DNA of 64,000 bases, from the NCBI GenBank assembly GCA_034679345.1, contig JAXDAY010000015.1, forward strand, positions 82,631 through 146,630. Reading direction: 5' to 3'. Positions 16,800 through 26,672 of this stretch are shown here, in pieces. A program made the translations under genes and the position numbers. Position 1 is the stretch's first letter, and each line of letters begins with the position of its first letter. Under the pieces are notes generated by a model. It was not told where the DNA came from. It saw nothing but the letters and a program-made list of their open reading frames with translations, and did no database searches. The DNA is from Candidatus Eiseniibacteriota bacterium (lineage in GTDB: Bacteria > Eisenbacteria > RBG-16-71-46 > CAIMUX01 > VGJL01).

Positions 16800-17894
16800 A
16801 TGACATCGGTTTTCGGCGCCGAGCTTCCGCTTCCGCCAATCCTGGCCGGGACCCTGCTCCTCATCCTCTTCGGAGCCCTGGGATGGATGGCGGGGCGACT
16901 TGCCGTGTGGATCCTCGCCCGCGGCGTGCGCCACACCAAGACAGACATCGACGATGTCGTCCTGAAGGCCGTCGGAGCCCCCGTCTGCGCTGCCGGAGCC
17001 CTCGCGGGAGTTTGGCTCGCGCTCCGGGGCCTGGACCTACCCGAGGAGTTCGACCCCTATCTCAATCGAGGATGGATCTTCCTCGCCACCTTCCTGCTCA
17101 TGTCGATCGGACTTCGCACGATCAACGGGCTCTCGAGGGATATCCTCGCCAAGTCTCCGACGCTCGCGGGTTCCGCGACGATGGTCCGGGTGGTCGGGCG
17201 GGTCATCATCATCTCCATGGGCGGCGTGATGCTTCTCCAGAGCATCGGGATCGCCGTCGAGCCCCTGATCGCCAGCCTTGGGATCGGATCGCTCGCCCTC
17301 GGCCTGGCTTTGAAGGACTCGCTCACTCACTTCGTGGCCGGCGTTTACCTCTTTGCCGATCGTCCGATCCATGTGGGCGACTATATCCGTCTCGAGAGCG
17401 GAGAGGAGGGGTTCGTCCATCAGATCGGCTGGCGAGCCACCCGGATCCGAATGCTCTCGAACACGATAGTCATCGTTCCAAACGCCAGGCTCGCCGATGC
17501 GGTCCTGGTCAACTACGACCAGCCGACATCGGACATGGGTCTGGTCATTCCCTACTCGGTCTCCTATTCGAGCGACCCCGAGCGGGTGGCCGCGATCCTC
17601 CTGCAGATCGCAAACGAGGCGATCGGCCAGGTCCCCGGCCTCCTCGGCGAACCCGCCCCGTTCGTCCGTTTCTCGGCGCTCGGGGACAACTCGCTCGACT
17701 ACAGCCTCATCGTCCGGATCGCAACCTTCACCGACCAGTATCTCGTCAAGAGCGAGCTGAATAGCAGGGTCTTCGCCCGCCTCTCCGAGGAGGGAATCGA
17801 GATCCCCTTCCCTCAGCGAACAATCCATGTCCCCGATCTCGCTCAGGTCCTCGGGCGCAAGAGCGACGAGTCGGAGCGGGAAGGATCCGGCTGA
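16800..17894 (+). CDS. Mechanosensitive ion channel (MscS family)
   Basis: N-terminal TM helices, the pore-lining helix GIGSLALGLALKDSL and a beta domain (PIHVGDYIRLESGEEGFVHQIGWRATRIRMLSNTIVIVPN). The start is ATG 16800 or GTG 16770. Confidence 0.85.
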   Translation: MTSVFGAELPLPPILAGTLLLILFGALGWMAGRLAVWILARGVRHTKTDIDDVVLKAVGAPVCAAGALAGVWLALRGLDLPEEFDPYLNRGWIFLATFLLMSIGLRTINGLSRDILAKSPTLAGSATMVRVVGRVIIISMGGVMLLQSIGIAVEPLIASLGIGSLALGLALKDSLTHFVAGVYLFADRPIHVGDYIRLESGEEGFVHQIGWRATRIRMLSNTIVIVPNARLADAVLVNYDQPTSDMGLVIPYSVSYSSDPERVAAILLQIANEAIGQVPGLLGEPAPFVRFSALGDNSLDYSLIVRIATFTDQYLVKSELNSRVFARLSEEGIEIPFPQRTIHVPDLAQVLGRKSDESEREGSG

Positions 17895-19726
17895 TGCGTC
17901 ATCCCTCCAAGGCGCGGCGCGCCGCCGCACTCTCCGCCCTCGCGGCAACGATGCTCGCGATCTCGGCCTCCGTCGCGTGGGGGCAGTCGAACTCCGAGCC
18001 TGCCGACGAGCCGACCGAGGTCCGGGTCGACCCGGCGGTGGAGTTGCCGTCGGACTTCACGATCGGCCTGGAGGCGTCCCGGTATATCACGCGGCACTTC
18101 GGGACGGTCGAGACCGACTCCCTCCTTCGCCGGATGAACGATATCGGGTACCGCGTGGCGCTCGTTTCGGGCAGACCCGAGATCATCTTCACCTTTCAGA
18201 TCCTCGACATGGACGAGCCGAACGCCATGGCGTTGCCGGGCGGATGGATCTTCGTCACTCGCGGAATCCTGGAGCTGGACCTGACCGATGCGGAGCTGGC
18301 CCACTTGCTCGGCCACGAGATCTCGCACGTGCTGCACCGAGACTTTTCGCGGCAGGGTCGACTGGACGGATTCCTCTCCCTGCTCCAGACGGCGATGGTC
18401 GTGGCCGTCTCCATGGTCGGTTCCGGCTCCTCGCGCAGCCAGCCAGTGATCGAGCAACCGGGAAGCTATCTCGACTCGCAGACCTCCGCCGAGGCGGCGC
18501 TCACCGGGACGGCGGTCTTCGGAAGCGTGTTCCACGAGCTCCTGCTGCGAGGGTATAGCCGGAAACTCGAGATGGAGGCGGACGACGGCGGACGACGCCT
18601 CGCATCCCTCGCTGGATACCCCCGCGAGGCGGGAACCTCCCTCATGCAGAAGTTGCACGATCGAGTCTACGAGACGCGGGAGTTCGGGTACTGGAGAACC
18701 CATCCTTATTGGTCCGACCGTGTGACCGTCGCGCGCTCCGTCGCGCCGGGCGCCGAGCACGGACCGTCGCCGGCCGAGGTCGCCGCCTATCGCCTTGGAG
18801 TGCAGCAGGGCCTCTCCCTCGCGGCCGCGGCGATGCGGGACGAGATCTACTCCGACTTCCTCTACGGCCTTGCCCTCCATGCCGGCGCTTCATCGGGATC
18901 GGACTTCTCCGTCCATTCCGAGCTTCTCCGGTTCCGCTTCGAGCGGATGCAGCGTCGCGATCCCCTGCTTCGCGACTACGGTCCCCTGCGGATCGAATAC
19001 GACAGCCTTCTCGCCGCGGCGCGCGGGGGCCTATCCGATCCCGGCCTCATCGAAGAAATCGCCTCGATGCGCGACTCCGTCGAGTCCCTCCGTCAATTGA
19101 ATCTTCCCCCCTATCTGGAGGCGGTGAACGGCCCCAACCCGAACACCCGGATCCTCGAGCGCTTCATCCGCAACTTCCCCGAACATCCGCGGAGCGCCGA
19201 GGCTCGATTCCGTCTCGCCCGGGCCTATCGCCTCTCGAGCCGACCCGACCGCGCGGCGACGAGACTGGCGACGCTCCTGGAAGGTTCCGGCGAGCTCCCG
19301 GCGGATGGCGACTCAACAGACGCGATGCGGGCGGCTGCGGAGCTGTCCCGCCTGATCCCCGACGTCCGCGATCTCGAGCCGCTCCAGAACCTGTACGAGC
19401 GGCTGCCCGACCTGCCCGTCCGCGAGCAGGTCAAACGCCGACTCGACGAGCTTGCGGGGACGATCACTCGCCTCGATACGGCAGGCCGATTCGTTCAGGG
19501 CCATCCGGACGCGTCCATCACGCCCAAGCTTCGGGAACGGCTCATCGAGATCGCCGACCTGGAGCTCAAGAAGGGTAGGCTCGCCGAGGGACTCGGCGAT
19601 CAGCAGGAAGCCCTGGAGACCTACAACCGGATCGTCATTCTCGCGCCCGAGACCCCCGCCGCCGAGGAGTCCCGTCGCGGAATCTCCCGCATCCAGGCGC
19701 TCGCCTCTGCCGGCCCGGCGCGATAA
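17894..19726 (+). CDS. M48-family zinc metallopeptidase with a C-terminal TPR-like region (BepA-like)
   Basis: Signal peptide, the HEXXH motif in AHLLGHEISHVLH and a long helical-repeat C-terminal half. TGATG overlap with the MscS stop. Confidence 0.85.
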   Translation: MRHPSKARRAAALSALAATMLAISASVAWGQSNSEPADEPTEVRVDPAVELPSDFTIGLEASRYITRHFGTVETDSLLRRMNDIGYRVALVSGRPEIIFTFQILDMDEPNAMALPGGWIFVTRGILELDLTDAELAHLLGHEISHVLHRDFSRQGRLDGFLSLLQTAMVVAVSMVGSGSSRSQPVIEQPGSYLDSQTSAEAALTGTAVFGSVFHELLLRGYSRKLEMEADDGGRRLASLAGYPREAGTSLMQKLHDRVYETREFGYWRTHPYWSDRVTVARSVAPGAEHGPSPAEVAAYRLGVQQGLSLAAAAMRDEIYSDFLYGLALHAGASSGSDFSVHSELLRFRFERMQRRDPLLRDYGPLRIEYDSLLAAARGGLSDPGLIEEIASMRDSVESLRQLNLPPYLEAVNGPNPNTRILERFIRNFPEHPRSAEARFRLARAYRLSSRPDRAATRLATLLEGSGELPADGDSTDAMRAAAELSRLIPDVRDLEPLQNLYERLPDLPVREQVKRRLDELAGTITRLDTAGRFVQGHPDASITPKLRERLIEIADLELKKGRLAEGLGDQQEALETYNRIVILAPETPAAEESRRGISRIQALASAGPAR

Positions 19727-19742
19727 CGACCCGGCGACGCCG

Positions 19743-21572
19743 CTACATCCCCTCTGCAGCCGCCGTCTTCCACGGTTCGCCGAGAGGCGCATTCGCGGGC
19801 GACTCGCGCTTCGATGGCAGATCCCCCGTCCGCTCGATGTAATCGTGGAGGAAACCCTCCGCGGCCTTGAGCGCCTTCTCCAGATTGACCCGTCGGCCCG
19901 AGTCCCGCTCGCGCGCGAGCGTCTCCTTCAACAACGGAATCCCGCGCTCGGCGTAGGCCGGAGCCTTCACATAGATCAACCCGAGGTTTCCCTTCGCGCC
20001 AAGATGGTCGGGGTAGAAGAGCAGCATGCGCTCGAAAGCCTCCGCGGCCTCCTTGAATCTCTCCTGTTGCATGAGGATCAATCCGGCATGGTAGTGCGCC
20101 TTTGCGTCGATGAGGCGCAGCTTCCGGACGTGTTTCGCCCGCTGGGCCAACGGGTCGAGCGTCCGTAGCGCGAGGCCATACTCGTCCTGGCCGATGAGCG
20201 CGGTCGCGAGATTCATCGATCCCAGCAGGAACCGCGGCCAGCTGCGCAACGACTCCTCATAATAGGATCGCGCCGCGGCGTAGTCCCCGGCCGCCATGCG
20301 ATCGTTGCCGAGGAGGTAGAGGTTGAAGGGACTCGACGGATAGCTCTTTCGCGCGGACTGGAGGATTGTCGCTTGATCCTTGAAGTCGGGAACGCGAAGA
20401 GCAGTCCGCGCTCCCAGGAGAAGTACGAGACCGACCGCGACGCCGGTGAGGAGCGGCCCTGCGGAGGTCCAACGCTTCGACGCCGCGACGCCCACGGCCG
20501 CGAGGCATCCGGTCCAGCCGATCAGAGCCGGATAGAGGTTCCTCTCCGAGGCTGCGGTTCCCCCCGAGGCGACCGTCAGCGCCGGAAGCAGAAGCGCCAG
20601 CCCCACGATCGCCACGGGCATCCGTAATCCGCGAGCCGAACGTTTCCGCAATGCCAGCGCCAGCGCGATGCAGACGATCGCGACACCGATCGCACCGAGC
20701 GCCGCGGCCCGGCTCGGCCCCACCGCGAAGATCCAGCTGTACTCATGGGTCAGGCGGATCGGCGCGAGGAGCGCGCCTGCCTCGACCGCGACTCCCGCGA
20801 ATGACCGTAGCAGATTGTTCAGAAACGGTTCTCCGGAAGCTGGGTCGACTGCGGGAATGCGGCGGATCGACTCCGAGACCGTCGCCAATGCGAACCACCG
20901 AACCGCGAGTGCGACCGCCAGGCCGCTCAGGACCGGGGCCACCGTCCGGATGACGGGGCGCCGGCGATCGGAAGCGACCGCCGCCGCGACGAGCGTCAGG
21001 ATGGGAAGGAGAAACCCGATCTCCTTGCTCGTCATCGCGAGGAACGAGAGCGCCGCGAGGGCGACCCAGCTCCCCTGACCCTGCCATTCTCCCTCCCGAT
21101 AGACCAGGAGCGTGGCGAGCATGAAACCCGTCGCGAGGATCTCCGACAAGCCGCCGAGATAGAGGAGGGAATGGCTCGCCACGGGATGGAGGGCGAAAAG
21201 GAGTGCGCCGAGGGCAGCCGCTCGGATGGAGCCGATCCAGCGCCTCAAGAGGAAGAAGAGCAGCAGGGCGTTTATCCCATGGAGAAGCAGCTGATCGAAC
21301 TGATAGCGCGCGCGGTCGAAGCCGAAGAACGAATGCTCCAGCGCCCGAAGGACCGTCGCCGTCGGCCGGACCTGGGGACGGAACTCCCCCGCCTGCCAGC
21401 GTCCTTGGAGAGTCTGAGTGAGGTCATCGCCGTTCACGGCAGGGTTGTCCCACACGAGCTCGTGCTCGTCGAGCACCCGGAGGTGCCCCGTCGCTCCGGT
21501 GTAGAGCAGAACCGGGGCGATCAGCAGGACGACGCAGATCAGGACGATCGGAAGTGCGCGTGTCACAGCCAT
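19743..21572 (-). CDS. Multi-pass membrane protein (PMT/GT39-like N-terminal domain) with C-terminal TPR repeats
   Basis: 609 aa with about 11 TM helices followed by TPR-like repeats (YYEESLRSWPRF..., AEAFERMLLFYPDH...). The start overlaps the corA stop by 10 nt. Confidence 0.65.
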   Translation of the reverse strand: MAVTRALPIVLICVVLLIAPVLLYTGATGHLRVLDEHELVWDNPAVNGDDLTQTLQGRWQAGEFRPQVRPTATVLRALEHSFFGFDRARYQFDQLLLHGINALLLFFLLRRWIGSIRAAALGALLFALHPVASHSLLYLGGLSEILATGFMLATLLVYREGEWQGQGSWVALAALSFLAMTSKEIGFLLPILTLVAAAVASDRRRPVIRTVAPVLSGLAVALAVRWFALATVSESIRRIPAVDPASGEPFLNNLLRSFAGVAVEAGALLAPIRLTHEYSWIFAVGPSRAAALGAIGVAIVCIALALALRKRSARGLRMPVAIVGLALLLPALTVASGGTAASERNLYPALIGWTGCLAAVGVAASKRWTSAGPLLTGVAVGLVLLLGARTALRVPDFKDQATILQSARKSYPSSPFNLYLLGNDRMAAGDYAAARSYYEESLRSWPRFLLGSMNLATALIGQDEYGLALRTLDPLAQRAKHVRKLRLIDAKAHYHAGLILMQQERFKEAAEAFERMLLFYPDHLGAKGNLGLIYVKAPAYAERGIPLLKETLARERDSGRRVNLEKALKAAEGFLHDYIERTGDLPSKRESPANAPLGEPWKTAAAEGM

Positions 21573-22543
21573 CCTTTCTTCCGGAAGACGACCAGGAGCG
21601 CCGCTTCCGCCGCGACCATCGAACCGACCAGAATCGGGACTGCAGCCGGATGATGCAACCCCGGCATGTGGGCGAAGTTCATTCCGAAGAAGCTGGTGAT
21701 GAACGTGAGCGGAAGTCCCATCGTCGCGATGATCGTCAGAAACTTGATGATTCGATTCGTCCGCTCACCGGCCTGGCTCAGATAGGTCTCCACGGCCGTG
21801 TCCAGGATCTCCCGGTACGTGTCGGCCGACTCGCCGATCCTCCAGAGATGATCGTGGATGTCCCGGAGATAGGTTCGGACCGAGGCGGCGATCCACGGAT
21901 AGTCCCGGCTCGCGAGATGCCCGAGCACCTCACGCTGGGGATGGACGAGTTTACGGAACTTCAGGAGGTTCTTCCGGACGAGAAAGATGTCGCGCAACAG
22001 CTCCGAGCCGGCCGAGTCGAGCAGATCGGACTCGATTTCGTCGATGCTCGCATCGAGCTGGTCGAGCAGCGGAAAGCAGCTATCGACCAGCCCGTCGAGC
22101 GCCGCGTAGAGGATACGGTCCGCTCCCGACTCGAATGCGAACCTCCCCGCCCGGCACCGATCGATCAGCTCGCTCACGGCGGGAATCGGCTCCTCGTGGA
22201 ACGTGGCCAGGTATCCATCCCCGAGAAACGCGTCCAGCTCCAGCAGCTCGAAATCGGTCCCTTGCACATGGCGCATTCCGAAGGCGACCACGAAGAGATG
22301 CTTCTCGTACTCCTCGACTTTCGCCCGCTGCGCGGCGTGCATCACGTCTTCCAGGGCCAGCGGATGGAACGGGAAGATCTTCCGCACCTCTGCGATCTGC
22401 GATTCGTCGGGGTTCTCCAGATCCACCCATACGGGATTGCCGGATTCGACCGCGCGCCGGATGTCCTCGAATCGGGTCAGAACCTCGGCGGGCCGATCGG
22501 CCGATGGATCGACCAACGTGATGATCGTTCCCCGACCGCTCAT
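21563..22543 (-). CDS. corA: Magnesium/cobalt transporter CorA
   Basis: C-terminal TM pair with the signature FFGMNF. The start at ATG 22543 gives an ATGA overlap with the stop of the upstream CDF gene; the longer track ORF (to 22690) is an upstream extension. Confidence 0.9.
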   Translation of the reverse strand: MSGRGTIITLVDPSADRPAEVLTRFEDIRRAVESGNPVWVDLENPDESQIAEVRKIFPFHPLALEDVMHAAQRAKVEEYEKHLFVVAFGMRHVQGTDFELLELDAFLGDGYLATFHEEPIPAVSELIDRCRAGRFAFESGADRILYAALDGLVDSCFPLLDQLDASIDEIESDLLDSAGSELLRDIFLVRKNLLKFRKLVHPQREVLGHLASRDYPWIAASVRTYLRDIHDHLWRIGESADTYREILDTAVETYLSQAGERTNRIIKFLTIIATMGLPLTFITSFFGMNFAHMPGLHHPAAVPILVGSMVAAEAALLVVFRKKGWL

Positions 22544-23457
22544 TGTCGCTCCCCCCCCTCCGCGCGATGAACGGCGCCAGAGCAGTCGGCTCCCCGGTGC
22601 TCTCCGGGTCCCTCCACTTCGATCGTGCAATGATCGATCCCGAATCGTTCCACCAGCAAGCTGCGAGCGGCATCCCTCTGGACCCGCCACTGGCTCGGAT
22701 CCTCCACGATGAGGTGAACTGTGAGGGTGTCGAAGTGGCTCCCGATCCTCCAGATGTGAAGGTCGTGCACCCCTGAGATGCCGGAGAGGCGCGCGAGCGC
22801 CTCCTCCACCTCGGGAAGGGAGATGTGCCTCGGCACTCCCTCAAGGAGGATATGAAGGCTCTCCCTCAGCAACCGAAGCCCGCTCAGGATGATCAGGATC
22901 GTGATGGCAAGACTGGCGATCGCGTCGATCTCTGTCCACCCAGTGGCCCGGATCGTCAAGGCGGCGCCGATCGCCGCCACGCTCCCGAGCGTGTCGCCGA
23001 CCAGGTGAAGAAATGCCCCGCGAATCCCGATGCTCTCGCGACTTCCCCGGTGCAAGAGGGCGAGCCCGGCGAGATTGATCGCAAGCCCGATCCCCGCGAC
23101 GACGAGCATGAGCCCGCCCTCGATCTCGGGAGGAGATCGGAATCTCTTCACCGCGTTGACTCCGATGAGCACCGCCACGCCGCAGAGGAGCGTGCCGTTC
23201 ATCAGGGCGGAGAGAACCTCCAGGCGGTCGTACCCATAGCTGCGCCGCATGTCGGGAGGCCGCCTCATCTGATGAAATGCAAGGAGCGCGAGCCCGAGCG
23301 CCGTGACATCCGAGAGCATATGGCCTGCGTCGGAGAGGAGCGCCAGGCTGTTTGCCACCCACCCGCCCACGAACTCGACCACCATGAAGCCGGCCGTCAA
23401 CGCAAAGACTGCGCGAAGCCGGGATACGGGCTGGCGATGATCGTGCATTCCGCTCAC
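22540..23457 (-). CDS. Cation diffusion facilitator family transporter (CzcD/ZitB-like)
   Basis: Six TM helices, metal-site motifs LLSDAGHMLSD and HLVGDTLGS, and a C-terminal cytoplasmic domain (HDLHIW). Confidence 0.9.
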   Translation of the reverse strand: MSGMHDHRQPVSRLRAVFALTAGFMVVEFVGGWVANSLALLSDAGHMLSDVTALGLALLAFHQMRRPPDMRRSYGYDRLEVLSALMNGTLLCGVAVLIGVNAVKRFRSPPEIEGGLMLVVAGIGLAINLAGLALLHRGSRESIGIRGAFLHLVGDTLGSVAAIGAALTIRATGWTEIDAIASLAITILIILSGLRLLRESLHILLEGVPRHISLPEVEEALARLSGISGVHDLHIWRIGSHFDTLTVHLIVEDPSQWRVQRDAARSLLVERFGIDHCTIEVEGPGEHRGADCSGAVHRAEGGERQ

Positions 23458-24701
23458 TTGGAGGCCGGCTGTGTTCGCCGGAGGGCGGATCGGAGATCAT
23501 CAATGAGATCCTCCGGATCCTCGAGCCCAGCGGAGAGACGAATCAGCCCGTCGGTGATTCCCGCAGCCTTCCGGCTCTCGGGATCGACCATGCGATGACT
23601 GGAGGTGACCGGGTGGCTCGCGACGCTCTCGACCCCGCCGAGGCTCGTTGCGATGCGGACGCAGCAAAGGCCCCGCAGGAACTCCATCGCGGCATCGAGG
23701 CCCCCGCGCAGCTCAAAGGAGAGCATCCCGCCGAAGCCGTTCATCTGACGCCGGGCGATCGCGTGTCCCGGGTGACTCGCCAGACCCGGGTAATGGACCT
23801 TCGAGACCGTGGGTTCGCTCTCCAGCATCGCGGCCAACCGGGCTGCAGTCTCCGACTGCCGTCGGACCCGAATCGGCAGGGTCGCAAGGCCGCGATTCAA
23901 GAGCCAGCCCGCGAAGGGGTCGGCCGATCCGCCGAGCGTTCGCCGCACATGCTCCAGCCGCGCGATCGTCGCGTCGCTTCCCACAGCGACGCCGAGCGTG
24001 AGGTCCGAGTGCCCTCCGAGGTACTTCGTCGCGCTGTGCAGCACCAGCTCGGCCCCCCACTCGAGGGGATTCTGGAGAACCGGCGTGGCGAATGTGTTGT
24101 CGACAATGACCGGAATTCCCGCATCACGCGCCACCCGCGCCACGCCGGGCCCATCGACGATTCTCAGAAGCGGGTTAGTCGGCGTTTCGAGGAAGATGGC
24201 GCACGCGCCGCCACGGATCTCCCGCTCGACGGCAGCCGGGTCCGCGAGATCGATCCGCGAGATAGCGATGCCGAGCCTGGGAAGCAGCTGCTCCATCAGC
24301 GAGATCGTCCCGCCGTAGAGATCCCGCCCGGCGATCAACCTCCCGCCGTCGCGCGAGCGACTCCAGAGCGCTGCGTGGATCGCGGCCAGCCCCGAGGAGA
24401 AGAGAAGCGCTCGATCGCCGCCCTCGAGCGCGGCGAGCTTCTCCTCTACCGCGTGGATCGTGGGGTTGTCGTAGCGCGAGTAAATGTAGCCTGCGCGCGC
24501 GCCGGAGAGGACCTCAACCATCTCCTCAGGGGAATCGAAGCTGTACGTGCTGCTCTGAACGATCGGAAGGCTCAGCGGGCTCCCGGAACATGCCTCCAAG
24601 GGGGATGCGTTGCCGCCGTGGACCGCCCGGGTGTCGAACCTGGGGCGATCCCGCCAACGCCGACCGGGACTCACGCCAATCCCTCCCGCGCGCCGATCCA
24701 T
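23454..24701 (-). CDS. Cys/Met-metabolism PLP-dependent enzyme (cystathionine gamma-synthase/gamma-lyase/beta-lyase family)
   Basis: FDTRAVHGG N-terminus, YSRYDNPT, the PLP-lysine motif HSATKYLGGHSD and C-terminal IRLSAGLEDPEDLIDDL. Confidence 0.85.
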   Translation of the reverse strand: MDRRAGGIGVSPGRRWRDRPRFDTRAVHGGNASPLEACSGSPLSLPIVQSSTYSFDSPEEMVEVLSGARAGYIYSRYDNPTIHAVEEKLAALEGGDRALLFSSGLAAIHAALWSRSRDGGRLIAGRDLYGGTISLMEQLLPRLGIAISRIDLADPAAVEREIRGGACAIFLETPTNPLLRIVDGPGVARVARDAGIPVIVDNTFATPVLQNPLEWGAELVLHSATKYLGGHSDLTLGVAVGSDATIARLEHVRRTLGGSADPFAGWLLNRGLATLPIRVRRQSETAARLAAMLESEPTVSKVHYPGLASHPGHAIARRQMNGFGGMLSFELRGGLDAAMEFLRGLCCVRIATSLGGVESVASHPVTSSHRMVDPESRKAAGITDGLIRLSAGLEDPEDLIDDLRSALRRTQPASK

Positions 24702-24768
24702 TCCGGGGCGGAACTCGTCGGGGCGGAGACCGAAACTGCGCTCCCGAATCCGCCCCTGTGCATCTCGA

Positions 24769-26403
24769 TCAGGGCGCCGTGTAGGCGGTCCGGAACCCGA
24801 TTTGACTGGAGGTCATCGCTGGATCGGCGGCCTCGCGGCCGATGACTCGAACGCCGGTGGAAGTCTGGACATAGCTGCCGCCCCGGAGGACCCGCAGGGT
24901 GCCGGAGAGCGGGCCTTCGGGGTTCGTCTGGGTCGTCTCCGAATAGGGACCGTACCAGTCGCGGACCCACTCCTTCGCATTGCCCGAGAGATCGAGCAGA
25001 CCGAACGGGCTCGTGCTGGAGGGGAACGAACCTCTCGGTCGCAGCTCCAGAGTTTGACCCGGCTCCCCCGTGTTGTAGTTCGCCTGATCGGGAGCGATGG
25101 TCACGCCCCAGGGATAGATCCAGTCGGACTGCTCTCCTTTTGCCGCGATCTCCCACTCGTGCTCGGTGGGCAGGCGGAGCCCCCGCGACTCCGCGTAGGC
25201 CTTCGCGCCGTACCAGCTCACACCGACCACGGGAAGATTGCGGTCAGCGGCCGCGACGGCCATCGTGTCGCCATCCAAATCGTAGAAGATCGCAGAGGAC
25301 ATCAGATCGAGCATCGGTTGGGGAAGGCTGTCTTCGTCTACCGGTTCGACGCGATCCGGATAGAGCCGAACGATCGTGCCTTCTTGCCTGGCGAGCGGCG
25401 GCGTCATCGCCATCGCCTTCTGGAGGAAATCGAGGTAGAGCGCGTTGGTGACCTCGGTGCGTTCGATATAGTAGCCGCCCACGATACGCGCATTGTGCCC
25501 AGGGAACTCGTTCGCGCTCGCATAGCGCCAAGAGGCGGTGTCTGGCGCGCCGACGAAGTAGGTTCCGCCCGGAATCAGGATCATGTTCTCATCTTCCGGC
25601 GGATCGGGGTTTCCACCGACGTTGGTCACCTGCAGCTGTCGAACGGCACGACCCTTCTGGGTGGAGAGGTAAGTGTTCATCGCTTCGACGACCACTGTGT
25701 AGATAGCCGCCCTTGAGAAACGGTGCTGGACCGGTGAGGAGGCGGGCAGCTGCTCGGCCCAATCGTGTTCCCAAAGCCCGTCGTTGTCGAAGTCCCACCG
25801 GACCACGATCTGCTCGGGCGAATCGATGTCGTCCTCCGTGTTCGAGGCGTCGAAGGTGAAGAAGTCTTCGACGGTGCCGGCAGAAGGTGTGATCAGGATA
25901 TCCGGACGCGGAGGGCGCAGGATCGTTCCCAGGTTCAGGACACGGACGGTGACGAGCTCGGATCGCGTGTTGTTGTCGGCATCGTCGTAGGCGCGAGAGA
26001 ACAGCCGAACTCTCGTGCCATTGGTGATCTGCTGCGTATACCAGCGGGTGCGGAACACCGCCGATCCGTTCCCGGGACGGAGGCTGTCGGGCACCTCTCC
26101 CGGCGGGATCGCTTGGGTCAGGGTCGCGATCGGCTCGGGTTCGGCATCGCCGCCCTCGGAGTCTTCGAGCATCGCCCATATCTCGACCCGATCGAGGCCG
26201 CGATCATCCGCCGCGCTGACGAAGACATCGGTGGAATCCGACACGTCCATGGGGACCTCGGAATCCATGACCGGGTAGAGCATCCGGACACTGGGAGCGA
26301 TCTCATCAACCTCGTCCGTGACATCGTCCTCGGTGCAACCTCCGCAGAATGCGAGGCAGATCGCCATGATGACCGCGGGGAGCAGTCCGATTGAACGCTT
26401 CAT
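24769..26403 (-). CDS. Lipoprotein with Ig/PKD-like domains and a C-terminal formylglycine-generating-enzyme (SUMF1/EgtB/PvdO) fold domain
   Basis: MKRSIGLLPAVIMAICLAFCGGC lipobox, PKD-like VVRWDFDNDGLWEHDW, and FGE-type motifs (VSWYGAKAYAESRGLRLPTEHEWE, RVLRGGSY, IGFR). ATG 26403 is preceded by a GGAGGGGTGGAG-type RBS. Confidence 0.8.
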   Translation of the reverse strand: MKRSIGLLPAVIMAICLAFCGGCTEDDVTDEVDEIAPSVRMLYPVMDSEVPMDVSDSTDVFVSAADDRGLDRVEIWAMLEDSEGGDAEPEPIATLTQAIPPGEVPDSLRPGNGSAVFRTRWYTQQITNGTRVRLFSRAYDDADNNTRSELVTVRVLNLGTILRPPRPDILITPSAGTVEDFFTFDASNTEDDIDSPEQIVVRWDFDNDGLWEHDWAEQLPASSPVQHRFSRAAIYTVVVEAMNTYLSTQKGRAVRQLQVTNVGGNPDPPEDENMILIPGGTYFVGAPDTASWRYASANEFPGHNARIVGGYYIERTEVTNALYLDFLQKAMAMTPPLARQEGTIVRLYPDRVEPVDEDSLPQPMLDLMSSAIFYDLDGDTMAVAAADRNLPVVGVSWYGAKAYAESRGLRLPTEHEWEIAAKGEQSDWIYPWGVTIAPDQANYNTGEPGQTLELRPRGSFPSSTSPFGLLDLSGNAKEWVRDWYGPYSETTQTNPEGPLSGTLRVLRGGSYVQTSTGVRVIGREAADPAMTSSQIGFRTAYTAP

Positions 26404-26595
26404 CTCCACCCCTCCATCCATCCCACCTCAACCCCCAGGTGGTCGCCCCATCGGGGCCTGACTGGTGCGGCCCAGCGGGCCGATCTGCTTGAAATATAAG
26501 GCGCGCGCCGGAGGGTCGTCAACGTGCCCCTCCCAGCGGACATCGGAGGCCGAGACCGGCACGGCGGCTCCCCGGCGTGAGTCCCCATCCGGACC

Positions 26596-26653
26596 TCTCC
26601 ACATCGAGTGGATAACTTCTCCACATTCCGTCCCCGCTATTCACAAGTGGAAG
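26596..26653. promoter_or_regulatory. Cluster of DnaA-box-like motifs outside the dnaA locus
   Basis: TCTCCACAT at 26596 and 26618, AGTGGATAA at 26607-26615 (one mismatch to TGTGGATAA) and AAGTGGAAG at 26645. The 13-mer TCTCCACATCGAG is identical to 35109-35121 in the dnaA-dnaN spacer. Confidence 0.35.
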
Positions 26654-26672
26654 CCTATTGGGGGACAATCAG

